From a virus (Duplodnaviria > Caudoviricetes): a stretch of 27,378 nucleotides of DNA. The notes beneath the pieces are model-generated. The model saw only the letters and a program-made list of their open reading frames with translations. It ran no database searches and was not told the origin of the DNA. A program made the translations under genes and the position numbers. Where the stretch lies: IMG/VR virus record IMGVR_UViG_3300030708_000420, positions 1-27,378 of that record. One strand, given 5' to 3'. Position 1 is the first letter of the stretch, and the number at the start of each line of letters is the position of its first letter. Below are positions 17,433-25,727 of the stretch, in pieces.

Positions 17433-18013
17433 TATCTTCCGTAAACTCTTTGTCGTGCTTTCTTAACTTGTTTCTTTTGTTCTTCTACCATATCTTTTGT
17501 AGAAGGTCTGTCACCTGACTTAGGAGGACTTACAGTAAACGTCATGCCACCAACTTTAACTGATTTTTTGTTTTCTTCTTTTGCCTTGTCAATAGCATTA
17601 ATCATCATGGATGCTACAGCTAATGCCCCTGCTCCTGCACGAGCACCAGGAGTACGTGATATCTTTTTTAGACGTTTTCTAATATCGCCTTTCTTAACTG
17701 TACCTTTTGGTTTTCTAGCGTACTGATTAAGAATACTTGTGACTTGTTTCATAGCCGCATCAGACAACCCTTGTTTTTTAAGGGTTGAACCTGTCTTAGT
17801 TTTCATACCAGATCCAGGCTTAGTCTCTGAAGAACCTTTAGTAAGCTGAAGTCGTTGACCTTTTTTTAAACCTAAAGGTTTCTTTGCTCTATCTTTAAGA
17901 GCTTTTTTAGCTTGTTCTACTTTTAGTTTCTCAGCTACTTGATCACCAGTTTCTGGTAATTCCTCGTGTTTTATTCTAACAGGAGGTTCTTTAGCTGTAC
18001 GTTTTTTAGCCAT
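17432..18013 (-). CDS. Hypothetical Lys-rich protein between portal and scaffold
   Basis: 193 aa with TAATG overlaps at both ends, highly basic. Confidence 0.75.
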   Translation of the reverse strand: MAKKRTAKEPPVRIKHEELPETGDQVAEKLKVEQAKKALKDRAKKPLGLKKGQRLQLTKGSSETKPGSGMKTKTGSTLKKQGLSDAAMKQVTSILNQYARKPKGTVKKGDIRKRLKKISRTPGARAGAGALAVASMMINAIDKAKEENKKSVKVGGMTFTVSPPKSGDRPSTKDMVEEQKKQVKKARQRVYGR

Positions 18014-19650
18014 TACTGATTCTGTGTTTGTTGTAACTGTTGTTGCATTTGCTCAAGCATCTCAGGATTACCTGCTACGTCTTGTGCTATAGTTTTTGCT
18101 AATGGAGGTGCAGAACCTTTAACAACATCTTGCATCATTTGTTGTTGCATCATCTGTTGTCGTTGTTGTTCTATCATTTGTTTTTCCATCTGCTTCTCTT
18201 CGGAAGTCTTGATAAGACCACTTGTGTCTATACCGAGTGAAGCTCCAAGTCTGTCAATGTAGTCACCAATGTTCATCTCTTGGGCTATGATCTGTTGACC
18301 AAGAGGTTGTAAGTATTGTAGGAATGTTGCTAGTTTATTAAGATCTTGACCACGACCTAGAGCTTCAACACCTGTTACAATCTCAGGCTTTACAGTGTTC
18401 TTTGGAAACTTTGGCATCTTACCTTGTTTGGTAAGTCGTGCCAATAACAGCTTAACTAGAGGAACTTGGAGTTCCTGGCTGAGTACACTATATACACCAC
18501 CAAGAGCCATCTCTAGTTCTTGTGCTTTGTATCTGATCTCTTCTGCGGTAACTCGTTCTGCCTGTCGTTCTACAGACGAGTTCATCAAGAAGGCAAACTG
18601 TAGTCTGTTAGTCAGATACTGTAGCATCTCGTTAGCTACACGAAAGTCTGTTGACTTATTTAATTGTAGTGTGCTAACATCATTAGCATCTCCTGCAACA
18701 ATAGCACCATTGGGTGACTCTGCAAGAGTTCTCAGTTTAGTAGTTCCGTTAGGCTTTACTAAAAATAGTACCTTTGCCGCCGCCGCTGACCCTTCAACGA
18801 TAGCTTGGCTAAGACCTTCAACGGATTTTAAGTCACCAATATACTCTTCTACAAATCCTCTTCCGTAGTCTTCGTTATCGATACGATTGAATCTAAGAGG
18901 AATCCAGGGTAATTGGTCTAGTGGATACTGTCCACTACTTTCTTCTATACGATTCCCTTGTATCTCTTGAAATATTTCATACTTCTTTTCTTCTCTCTTG
19001 ATACACGTAAAGAGATCATAAGTTCTGTAATTATCTTCAGCAGAAGTATCTACATACTTTTGTAACTCAACTGGTAATGTCTTGGCAGATAAAGTTTCTT
19101 TTACAATGATTTTTAAGATGTTGCCTTGCACATCTCGTTTGACTGTGTAACTATCAAGATGAAACACTCTCATTACACCCTTGTTAGGTAGATGTAACAA
19201 AGCGTTACCACCGACAATCAAATGTTTCAGTGCCTCGTAGATTGGAACACGCATAGCCTCTGCTTCAATCTCATGCAAAGCCGCACGTTCAATCTTGGCT
19301 AAACCTTCTTCTACTGGTCCTCGTTTATCTTCACCAATAAGATTAGCAAGATCAAAATCATCTATGATTAATCTAAAGAACGGACTATTAGGAGGTAACA
19401 ATGCCATTAACATCTTGGATGCTAAGTTGTTTACTCCTCTTGCTCCTATACTCTGATAAGGTGTAGGATAGTCTGATGTATAGGTGTGACCTGATTCTGG
19501 TATTAACGTAGGAATCGTGAGTTTACTAGCTTCTCTCGCACGTTTCAGAAACGATTCTCTACTAGTTGTCATGGTCGAATACTGCTGTGCTACAAATCCT
19601 CCCTTGGTAGTTCCTCGGTCAGATATGGATACGGCTTGTACTGACTCCAT
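18013..19650 (-). CDS. Portal (head-tail connector) protein, T7 gp8-like
   Basis: LTIPTL, PYQSIGARGVNNLASKMLMALLPPNSPFFRL, EDYGRGFVEEYIGDLKSVEGL, AERVTAEEIR, GVEALGRGQDL and a Gln-rich C-terminus. Confidence 0.96.
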   Translation of the reverse strand: MESVQAVSISDRGTTKGGFVAQQYSTMTTSRESFLKRAREASKLTIPTLIPESGHTYTSDYPTPYQSIGARGVNNLASKMLMALLPPNSPFFRLIIDDFDLANLIGEDKRGPVEEGLAKIERAALHEIEAEAMRVPIYEALKHLIVGGNALLHLPNKGVMRVFHLDSYTVKRDVQGNILKIIVKETLSAKTLPVELQKYVDTSAEDNYRTYDLFTCIKREEKKYEIFQEIQGNRIEESSGQYPLDQLPWIPLRFNRIDNEDYGRGFVEEYIGDLKSVEGLSQAIVEGSAAAAKVLFLVKPNGTTKLRTLAESPNGAIVAGDANDVSTLQLNKSTDFRVANEMLQYLTNRLQFAFLMNSSVERQAERVTAEEIRYKAQELEMALGGVYSVLSQELQVPLVKLLLARLTKQGKMPKFPKNTVKPEIVTGVEALGRGQDLNKLATFLQYLQPLGQQIIAQEMNIGDYIDRLGASLGIDTSGLIKTSEEKQMEKQMIEQQRQQMMQQQMMQDVVKGSAPPLAKTIAQDVAGNPEMLEQMQQQLQQTQNQ

Positions 19651-19651
19651 A

Positions 19652-20308
19652 TTACATTCCTAAACTAGTTGAGCTTGAGTTTTTTTTAACAATGTTAAGT
19701 CCAGTCCTTTTAGGAGTTCTGAGTCCTCTCTTGGACATTTTACCACCAGACATATCTTTACCTTCAGTATCTGACTCAGCCATTCCTCGTTTCTTTTTCT
19801 TCTTACGTTTTACACTACCAAATCCCCCAGTTCTAGTATTGACATTACTAGAGCTAGTATTACTTGTGTTACTTGATCCTTGGTCAGAATACGGATCTGG
19901 TGCTCCCGCTAAACCATACACTATTTTTACAGGTGCTCTACTTACATCTGTAATCATTTTTCCAGTAAATTCTTCCGCAGCATTTAGACTACCCAACATA
20001 TTTTGTCCAACAGTGACAGTATCTAAACCTTTGGGAAGATTTTTCTTAACATTGGTATCATACCACTTTTGTAAAGAAAAGTTTTCTGTTAATCCTGTTT
20101 TTGGATTTTTAGTACGAGAAGCACCCATACGTCTAAGCATACGTTGCTCTTGTTTATTTACGTGTTCAAGCTCAGTATCCCCTCGTCTACCCATTGAAGC
20201 TAGTTTCTTTTTAGCACTAGATAGAGTGTATTTTTTCTTCTTGTCTTTCTTGTACTGCTCTTTACCCTTCTTGGTGTAGGCGTACTTCTTTCCGTTTAGT
20301 TGTGGCAT
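19652..20308 (-). CDS. Basic mosaic virion-associated protein in the gp7.3 position
   Basis: 218 aa with TAATATG junctions on both sides. The C-terminal GKMSKRGLRTPKRTGLNI resembles the ends of gp6.7/7.3-type proteins. There is also an internal LASMGRRGDTELEHVN...NPKTGL segment. Confidence 0.65.
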   Translation of the reverse strand: MPQLNGKKYAYTKKGKEQYKKDKKKKYTLSSAKKKLASMGRRGDTELEHVNKQEQRMLRRMGASRTKNPKTGLTENFSLQKWYDTNVKKNLPKGLDTVTVGQNMLGSLNAAEEFTGKMITDVSRAPVKIVYGLAGAPDPYSDQGSSNTSNTSSSNVNTRTGGFGSVKRKKKKKRGMAESDTEGKDMSGGKMSKRGLRTPKRTGLNIVKKNSSSTSLGM

Positions 20309-20309
20309 A

Positions 20310-20534
20310 TTAAGTTGCTATTTGGAGTCCAGATTTTTTAGTTCTAGTTCTAGGTTTAATTCTCATTTTAGCAGTGTTTCGTTTTTCTTTCCCTGTTCCC
20401 TCTTCTTTTACTGTCTCACGCTTTCCCTCTTCAATATCGGGAGTCTCCTTCATAGCTGAATGAGCTTCTGGAGTTGGAGGTGGGGGTGCAACCATCGGTG
20501 TGGAAGGTGCACTAGCTGGGTTCACTATACACAT
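20310..20534 (-). CDS. Small virion protein, T7 gp6.7/gp7.3-like
   Basis: 74 aa. Met-Cys start, Pro-rich N-terminus and basic C-terminus ending MRI...SGLQI, upstream of the portal. Confidence 0.6.
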   Translation of the reverse strand: MCIVNPASAPSTPMVAPPPPTPEAHSAMKETPDIEEGKRETVKEEGTGKEKRNTAKMRIKPRTRTKKSGLQIAT

Positions 20535-20703
20535 TTGAATTTGTCTCTTCGTTATAGAGGTCTGTTAGTTTATCAACTACTGATCTTTGGCCCATGAGGT
20601 ACGCTAGATCCGTAGAAGATACTACCTTACTCGGCAGTTTATCAGGAAAAAGATCGTTCAATCTATCTAATAAACTTTGTGATATATCGAATGGTATCTT
20701 CAT
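20512..20703 (-). CDS. Conserved small T7-like phage protein (gp6.5 position)
   Basis: 63 aa. The pattern ISQSLLDRLNDLFPD...LAYLMGQRSVVDKL recurs in small genes upstream of the portal module in T7-like podoviruses (recalled, not searched). Confidence 0.6.
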   Translation of the reverse strand: MKIPFDISQSLLDRLNDLFPDKLPSKVVSSTDLAYLMGQRSVVDKLTDLYNEETNSNVYSEPS

Positions 20704-20721
20704 AGCTGTTCTAATAATAGA

Positions 20722-22629
20722 CTATAACTCACACGAATTACCAACACAAGCCAATTCTTGCGATGCTACAGTGTAGTCTTCTGATTCATATTTAGAGAGA
20801 TCTTCCCATACTATAGAAGGTGTTTTAGAAGTAATTTCTTTGTATCGTTCTTTGTCACATTCCTGGTATGGTGCTTGTTGGTATGAGTGTTCACTGTAAG
20901 GTAGAAAAGATATGCCACTAATCTTCTCAAAGTTATTGAAGACCCATGATCCAATTGGTATCCATTCATCTTCTTTGACGGATATAGTCACACTAGGTTT
21001 GTGTTCGCACCAGAACTCTTGGTACATCATCCACTGATCTAGTTGTCTCTGTGCAGACCATTGATCTCTTTTGACAGAATCCTTTGGTGATTGAACAGCA
21101 AACGAGAATACTGTAGTACTGTCTGGTTTCATAACATCAGGTTCGTTTACTACACCTTGATCTCTCAAGAACTGAGTCAACGGATCTTTGTTGTCACCTC
21201 GTACAGTACGAATGTAGTAATCACTGTGTCGTGTGTGGATACCACTAGCAGAATCACATAGTTGAGATACTGTACCACTAGGTTTGATGCAAGTGATCGA
21301 AGCACTTTCGTTGATCCCTAGTTTCTCTGCCCACTCTGCATTTGTCTGTCGAGCTACAGTTCTCAAGGTTGTCAACAACTCAGGGTCAGGATCAATAGTT
21401 AGTTTATTGTCCATGATCCCTGTGAGTGAAACTCCAAGTAGTCTTTCGTCTTCACAGTTCTGTTTCCAGGTTTTAGGAAGGTATCGGAAGTTGGTTAGTG
21501 TACTCTGCCATGTACCCAAGATCGTAGCAAGTTTTACCTTATTGATCAAGTCTTTCTTTTTGTCAGTAGGTCTGATCACTACCTCCGATAGATTACAGAA
21601 CTCTCTGGGCCGAAGGATTATTTCAGAACATGGATTCGTCCCGAAGTCATCTCTAGGCTCTCGGAAAGAGAATCGTTCAACTTGTTTTCTTGCATTGAAC
21701 GCAGAGTAGATTCCACGTTCTCCACTCCTACTTTCGTAGAGGGAAGACCATTCCCTAAGAAATGTCCCTGTGTCGGGTTTGGAATGGTAGTTGGCACTGT
21801 TGTTTGCGAGTGCTCTGTGGGGGAACTCTTCCCACCATGCTCCTGACTTTGCGAGTCGCATCTGCTCATCCCCAAGATCACTGAGGCTGATAAGAGCAGA
21901 CCTGCGAACACCACCAACCACCACGACTTCTGCTGTTTTTGTAACAATGTCGTGACATTCGATGGGTCTGAGTTTTCTTCCTTTGGCATTTTCAAATATC
22001 TTGCAAGTGAATAGAAATAATTTATTCAGAGGATCAGGACCACTTGCCCTACCTCCAAATGTTTTTAGTAACGCACCAGCAGGACGTACTTTAGACATAT
22101 CCCATGTTGGTATCAGTCCTGCATAGAGCAAGCTGATCAACTCACGAAACGCTTTGGCCCATCCTAGTTTACTGTCACGTACATCGATGCAAGTATCAGT
22201 TGGATGTAGTTCGTTTGGAACTATAGGTAACTGTTCAGTGTACTTAGATTCTACACTATATCCAACACCAGTTCCGTTCATAAGAACGTATAGGATCTCA
22301 TCGAAAGAACGCACAGAGTCAACTGGAAGATAACTACAGTTGTACCCTGCGACATTCTCTTTTTCTAGTGCAGGTCCAGCAGTCATGAGACACCTCATGC
22401 TAGGCATCACATCCAGACTTAGAACTGCACTCTCTAACTCTGCTACAATATCAGCATCATCTTTGACATAGAAATTGTAAGCACAGTTTTCTTTCATATG
22501 ACGAGTAAAGAAGTCAAAGTATCTGGCTACAGTTTCGTTCCAGTGTTCTCTTCTATTCTCGTCATAGTTCCACCGAGCGTACCTAGACAAGTGAATAAAC
22601 TGTTGGTATTGACTAGGTAATTCAACCAT
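20722..22629 (-). CDS. nrdJ: Ribonucleotide reductase, class II (adenosylcobalamin-dependent)
   Basis: 635 aa with VMPSMR, YNCSY, GTGVG, GGVRRSALI, catalytic GTNPCSEI, FCNLSEV, TCIKPSGTVSQL and a C-terminal redox pair LACVGNSCEL. There is no ATP cone and no adjacent beta subunit. Confidence 0.88.
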   Translation of the reverse strand: MVELPSQYQQFIHLSRYARWNYDENRREHWNETVARYFDFFTRHMKENCAYNFYVKDDADIVAELESAVLSLDVMPSMRCLMTAGPALEKENVAGYNCSYLPVDSVRSFDEILYVLMNGTGVGYSVESKYTEQLPIVPNELHPTDTCIDVRDSKLGWAKAFRELISLLYAGLIPTWDMSKVRPAGALLKTFGGRASGPDPLNKLFLFTCKIFENAKGRKLRPIECHDIVTKTAEVVVVGGVRRSALISLSDLGDEQMRLAKSGAWWEEFPHRALANNSANYHSKPDTGTFLREWSSLYESRSGERGIYSAFNARKQVERFSFREPRDDFGTNPCSEIILRPREFCNLSEVVIRPTDKKKDLINKVKLATILGTWQSTLTNFRYLPKTWKQNCEDERLLGVSLTGIMDNKLTIDPDPELLTTLRTVARQTNAEWAEKLGINESASITCIKPSGTVSQLCDSASGIHTRHSDYYIRTVRGDNKDPLTQFLRDQGVVNEPDVMKPDSTTVFSFAVQSPKDSVKRDQWSAQRQLDQWMMYQEFWCEHKPSVTISVKEDEWIPIGSWVFNNFEKISGISFLPYSEHSYQQAPYQECDKERYKEITSKTPSIVWEDLSKYESEDYTVASQELACVGNSCEL

Positions 22630-22852
22630 TTGCTTCCTCCTTTTCGATCAACATATCAAGGTACACTCTTGCTTTCTTCAAATCTTTCACTCCTCCTTTA
22701 TGTGGATATCGGGATACGTATTTTATAATGTTTCCTTCAACAAAGTCAAATTCATTTTTCATTATAAATTCTATCGGTTGAATTTCAAACCCCTCACAAT
22801 AATGGTTGGGGTTCCTAAGTTCGTCTTCAAACAGTTCTAGTTGTTCACTCAT
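22622..22852 (-). CDS. DUF3310 family protein (T7 gp1.7 nucleotide-kinase-related)
   Basis: NPNHY...IQPIEFI...FVEGNIIKYVSRYPHKGGVKDLKKARVYL is the DUF3310 signature. Confidence 0.85.
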   Translation of the reverse strand: MSEQLELFEDELRNPNHYCEGFEIQPIEFIMKNEFDFVEGNIIKYVSRYPHKGGVKDLKKARVYLDMLIEKEEANG

Positions 22853-23591
22853 AAGGCATCCATAGTTTTACTTTTGTGTCTTGGTAATCTTCCCAACGTA
22901 GAATCCTTGCCATACGTGCGTTCAGTATAGCATCATCCTCAGTCAATCCTGCACTCTCATACGTGTTAGTAATCGCAGTCCAGAAGTCTGAATGCGAGGT
23001 ACACGAATCAAGTATCTTCTCAGCCTTCTTCGGGCCGATGCCTGGACAACCAGGATACCCATCTACAGCATCACCAGTAAGAACTTGTTTGTAAAAATTA
23101 TAGTTTGCCTCATTCTCAGATACCTCGTGGATCACCTCCTTTCCATAATCCCAATGATATCCTGGGACAGTTAGCAGGTCTTTGTCAGGGCTTACAATAA
23201 TGTATTCAAACGTGTCACTGTAAGCAGTACGTGTAGCTCTTACACCCATAACATCATCTGCTTCAAGAGTCTTACGTATGTAAGTGTCGTAACTATCAAT
23301 CAAATAGTCACGAGCAGGAACAAAGCAGATAGGCTTGCGTGAAGACTTACGATTAGCTTTGTAAGAGGGATTGATATTCTTTCTGAAGTTCTCACGATCA
23401 GATAAAGCAATCTCAACTTTCTCAGCTTCAGTCTTTTCCACAAGATCTGAAATGGTTTGATCTAATGTCTGTTTCACCGACTTAAAGTCACAAGTCAGTG
23501 TCCAGAAGTCTTCTCCCCAATCTATCTCAGTCTCATGCTGAGTGGTAGATGTATAGAGAATTATGTCTCCGTCTAATAATAGTACTCTCAT
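22845..23591 (-). CDS. 5'-3' exonuclease, T7 gp6-like
   Basis: LLLDGDIILY, NFRKNINPSYKANRK, LEADDVMG, SPDKDL, LTGDAVDGYPGCPGIG and ARMARILR. Confidence 0.93.
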   Translation of the reverse strand: MRVLLLDGDIILYTSTTQHETEIDWGEDFWTLTCDFKSVKQTLDQTISDLVEKTEAEKVEIALSDRENFRKNINPSYKANRKSSRKPICFVPARDYLIDSYDTYIRKTLEADDVMGVRATRTAYSDTFEYIIVSPDKDLLTVPGYHWDYGKEVIHEVSENEANYNFYKQVLTGDAVDGYPGCPGIGPKKAEKILDSCTSHSDFWTAITNTYESAGLTEDDAILNARMARILRWEDYQDTKVKLWMPYE

Positions 23592-23959
23592 ATTGGGTTG
23601 TAGGTTTTAGGGTCAGTGAGGTTGAATCGATACTCTAAAAATTTTTTCTCCAAAACTTTTGAGCTAACACTTGTTTTGTTCTGAACAAATGACCAAGGTA
23701 TTACCCAAACAAAAGGCATCTCAACAGCACAGAGATAGTCAAAGCTAGTATCATCGTAAGGTCTTTTGTTACCTGATTGTACCAACTTGAACATACCTCT
23801 GTCTGTACTTTTTACCTGGACTCTTTTGTACGTTCCGTTTTTATACACAACGAAGTCGTACTCTGTTGGAGTGAAAGGTTGGAGCACATCGTACCCCCAC
23901 CTTACAAACAATGACATGGAAATCATTTCACTGGCATATGCCCTTGATCTGATGTCCAT
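23588..23959 (-). CDS. PD-(D/E)XK endonuclease, group I intron-associated (I-Ssp6803I/PDDEXK_5-like), free-standing
   Basis: SE...GYDVLQP...YDFVV...RVQVKS...FDYL matches the family pattern. The start is re-called at ATG 23959 (MDIRSRAY, 123 aa), 4 nt after the polymerase stop, instead of 24091. ATGA overlap with the exonuclease. Confidence 0.7.
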   Translation of the reverse strand: MDIRSRAYASEMISMSLFVRWGYDVLQPFTPTEYDFVVYKNGTYKRVQVKSTDRGMFKLVQSGNKRPYDDTSFDYLCAVEMPFVWVIPWSFVQNKTSVSSKVLEKKFLEYRFNLTDPKTYNPI

Positions 23960-23963
23960 ACTG

Positions 23964-25727
23964 TCAATGGGTTTCGGCCCAAGATCCACCGATCTTGTAT
24001 TCTCCTGTGAGTGGCAGACGGAATCCATACTTATCTCCTGAGATCTGTATAGCTTCAACTGCGGTCTGTCCGATTTTGTCAGCGTGTTCATCTTTCACTA
24101 TGAGTTGTAGTTCATCATGGACAAAGGCAACTTGCTGATAATCAATAGTATCAACAAAGTCACGCTTTGTCAACAGTTTATTGAACTCAACAACCCATCG
24201 CTTACAGATAATAGCACCTGCTGACTGCATCAAGGTGTTGAGAGCACCATAGTCTGAACGAATCGGGATACGTCTTCCGTCCAAACCTTTGAGATATCCC
24301 TTCTGTGCTTTCTTCTTTACAGCATTACGAAGTTTCTCCAAGGCAGGAATCTGAGAAAGAAATCTCTTCTTCAGTTTCGCACCTTCTTCAGAAGATCCGC
24401 CAACAATCGAACCAATCTTCTCATCTCCTGCCCCATATAAAAAAGCATAAATGAAAGTTTTGGCTTGATTTCTTGTCGATAAACCTGCCGCATTTTGATT
24501 AACAGTGTGGATATCATCTTCCAAAAGTTTCTTACCGTATTCACCATTGTCGAATAAAGCCATGTAGTGAGCAAGACAACGTAGCTCCAGACCACTGATG
24601 TCAACTCCGAGGAAACGAAATCCTTCAGGAGCACAAAAGAGTTCCCTACATTCTTTACCGTATGGTGCAGAAACAGATGGAATTTGTGCGAGGTTCGGGT
24701 GGGAATGACTGCACCGACTCGTAACCGAACCCATCGTATTAACTCTGCCATGTATTCTACCATTACGCTCAAGTTTCAACCATGCCTGATCTCCCTCTGC
24801 TAGTTGAGAGATACGTTTATTGACAAGAAGATACTCGGTCAACAACTTAGCTTCTGGATATTCCAACTTCGATAGAACTGACTCATCAACCTTTGGCTCA
24901 CCTGATGGAGTGAACTCAGTAGGTTTCCAGTTATAGAAGTCTTTCAATCGTTTGGCTATGTGTTGCCGTGATCTTGGATTGAACACAACCTTGATCAACT
25001 TACTGTAAGATGGTTTGGTCTTAGGTTCACGTAGTTCACCTGTGTACCACCATCCAAACTTGTCGATCAATTCTGTCTGTAACTCAGATCTTCTACCACA
25101 TAGTTCGGAGTAGAAGAGTTGTGCTCTGTCTACATCGAAGGGAATGCCGTGACGTTCCTGACGATTACAGATCACTGTAAGTTCTTGCTCAAGGCTAAGA
25201 GCCTTACGACTCTGAAGTTTTGGTTTGAGTATATCATACAGTTTGTGAGTAAGCTCAACATCCTGTATACAGTACTCTACCATTGCTTCACTTAGTTTTT
25301 CCCAAGCGTCTTCGGTTTGTCCGTAATCTCCTTTGGCAAAGTCAAGTCGTTGACCCCATGCTTTGAGAGAGTGAGAACCGTAAAGTTTGGTATCCAGATG
25401 TTTCCATCGGTGGATAGCATCCCGTTCTCTACGATTTGGATAGACCAACCGTGACATGACAAGGGTATCGGTAAGCCTTGCGTTGGGTACATAATCATAT
25501 AACCTCTGTAATACAGGAAGATCGTACCCAATGATATTGTGTCCAATCAACTCGGAAGCACAATCAAGATACCGAAGACCTTCTTCGATGTTGTAGTGTG
25601 TGATTACACTATTGTCATCGAGATTCTTTGTAACAATAATAAACACATCTTCAGTTCTACTGATAAGATCTCCTTTGCTGTTTCCAACTTTGGATTCTAT
25701 ATCGAATAGAATTTTCATGTGGCTCAT
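23964..25727 (-). CDS. DNA polymerase family A, T7 gp5-like (3'-5' exonuclease + polymerase)
   Basis: ExoI FDIE, ExoII GHNIIGYD, ExoIII YCIQDV, motif A DISGLELR, motif B RNQAKTFIYAFLYG, motif C VHDE and terminal GGSWAETH. Confidence 0.96.
   Translation of the reverse strand: MSHMKILFDIESKVGNSKGDLISRTEDVFIIVTKNLDDNSVITHYNIEEGLRYLDCASELIGHNIIGYDLPVLQRLYDYVPNARLTDTLVMSRLVYPNRRERDAIHRWKHLDTKLYGSHSLKAWGQRLDFAKGDYGQTEDAWEKLSEAMVEYCIQDVELTHKLYDILKPKLQSRKALSLEQELTVICNRQERHGIPFDVDRAQLFYSELCGRRSELQTELIDKFGWWYTGELREPKTKPSYSKLIKVVFNPRSRQHIAKRLKDFYNWKPTEFTPSGEPKVDESVLSKLEYPEAKLLTEYLLVNKRISQLAEGDQAWLKLERNGRIHGRVNTMGSVTSRCSHSHPNLAQIPSVSAPYGKECRELFCAPEGFRFLGVDISGLELRCLAHYMALFDNGEYGKKLLEDDIHTVNQNAAGLSTRNQAKTFIYAFLYGAGDEKIGSIVGGSSEEGAKLKKRFLSQIPALEKLRNAVKKKAQKGYLKGLDGRRIPIRSDYGALNTLMQSAGAIICKRWVVEFNKLLTKRDFVDTIDYQQVAFVHDELQLIVKDEHADKIGQTAVEAIQISGDKYGFRLPLTGEYKIGGSWAETH

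Noticed and set aside
18016-18200. CAA/CAG-rich repeats at the end of the portal gene
   Set aside because: A Gln/Met-rich low-complexity C-terminus is ordinary for gp8-like portals.
19785-19812. KRKKKKKR resembling a eukaryotic nuclear localisation signal
   Set aside because: The context is a bacteriophage and the whole protein is Lys-rich, so this is better explained as a nucleic-acid-binding basic patch.
23960-24091. 44-aa N-terminal extension of the endonuclease ORF
   Set aside because: It overlaps the conserved polymerase C-terminus. The ATG at 23959, just after the polymerase stop, gives a complete nuclease domain.
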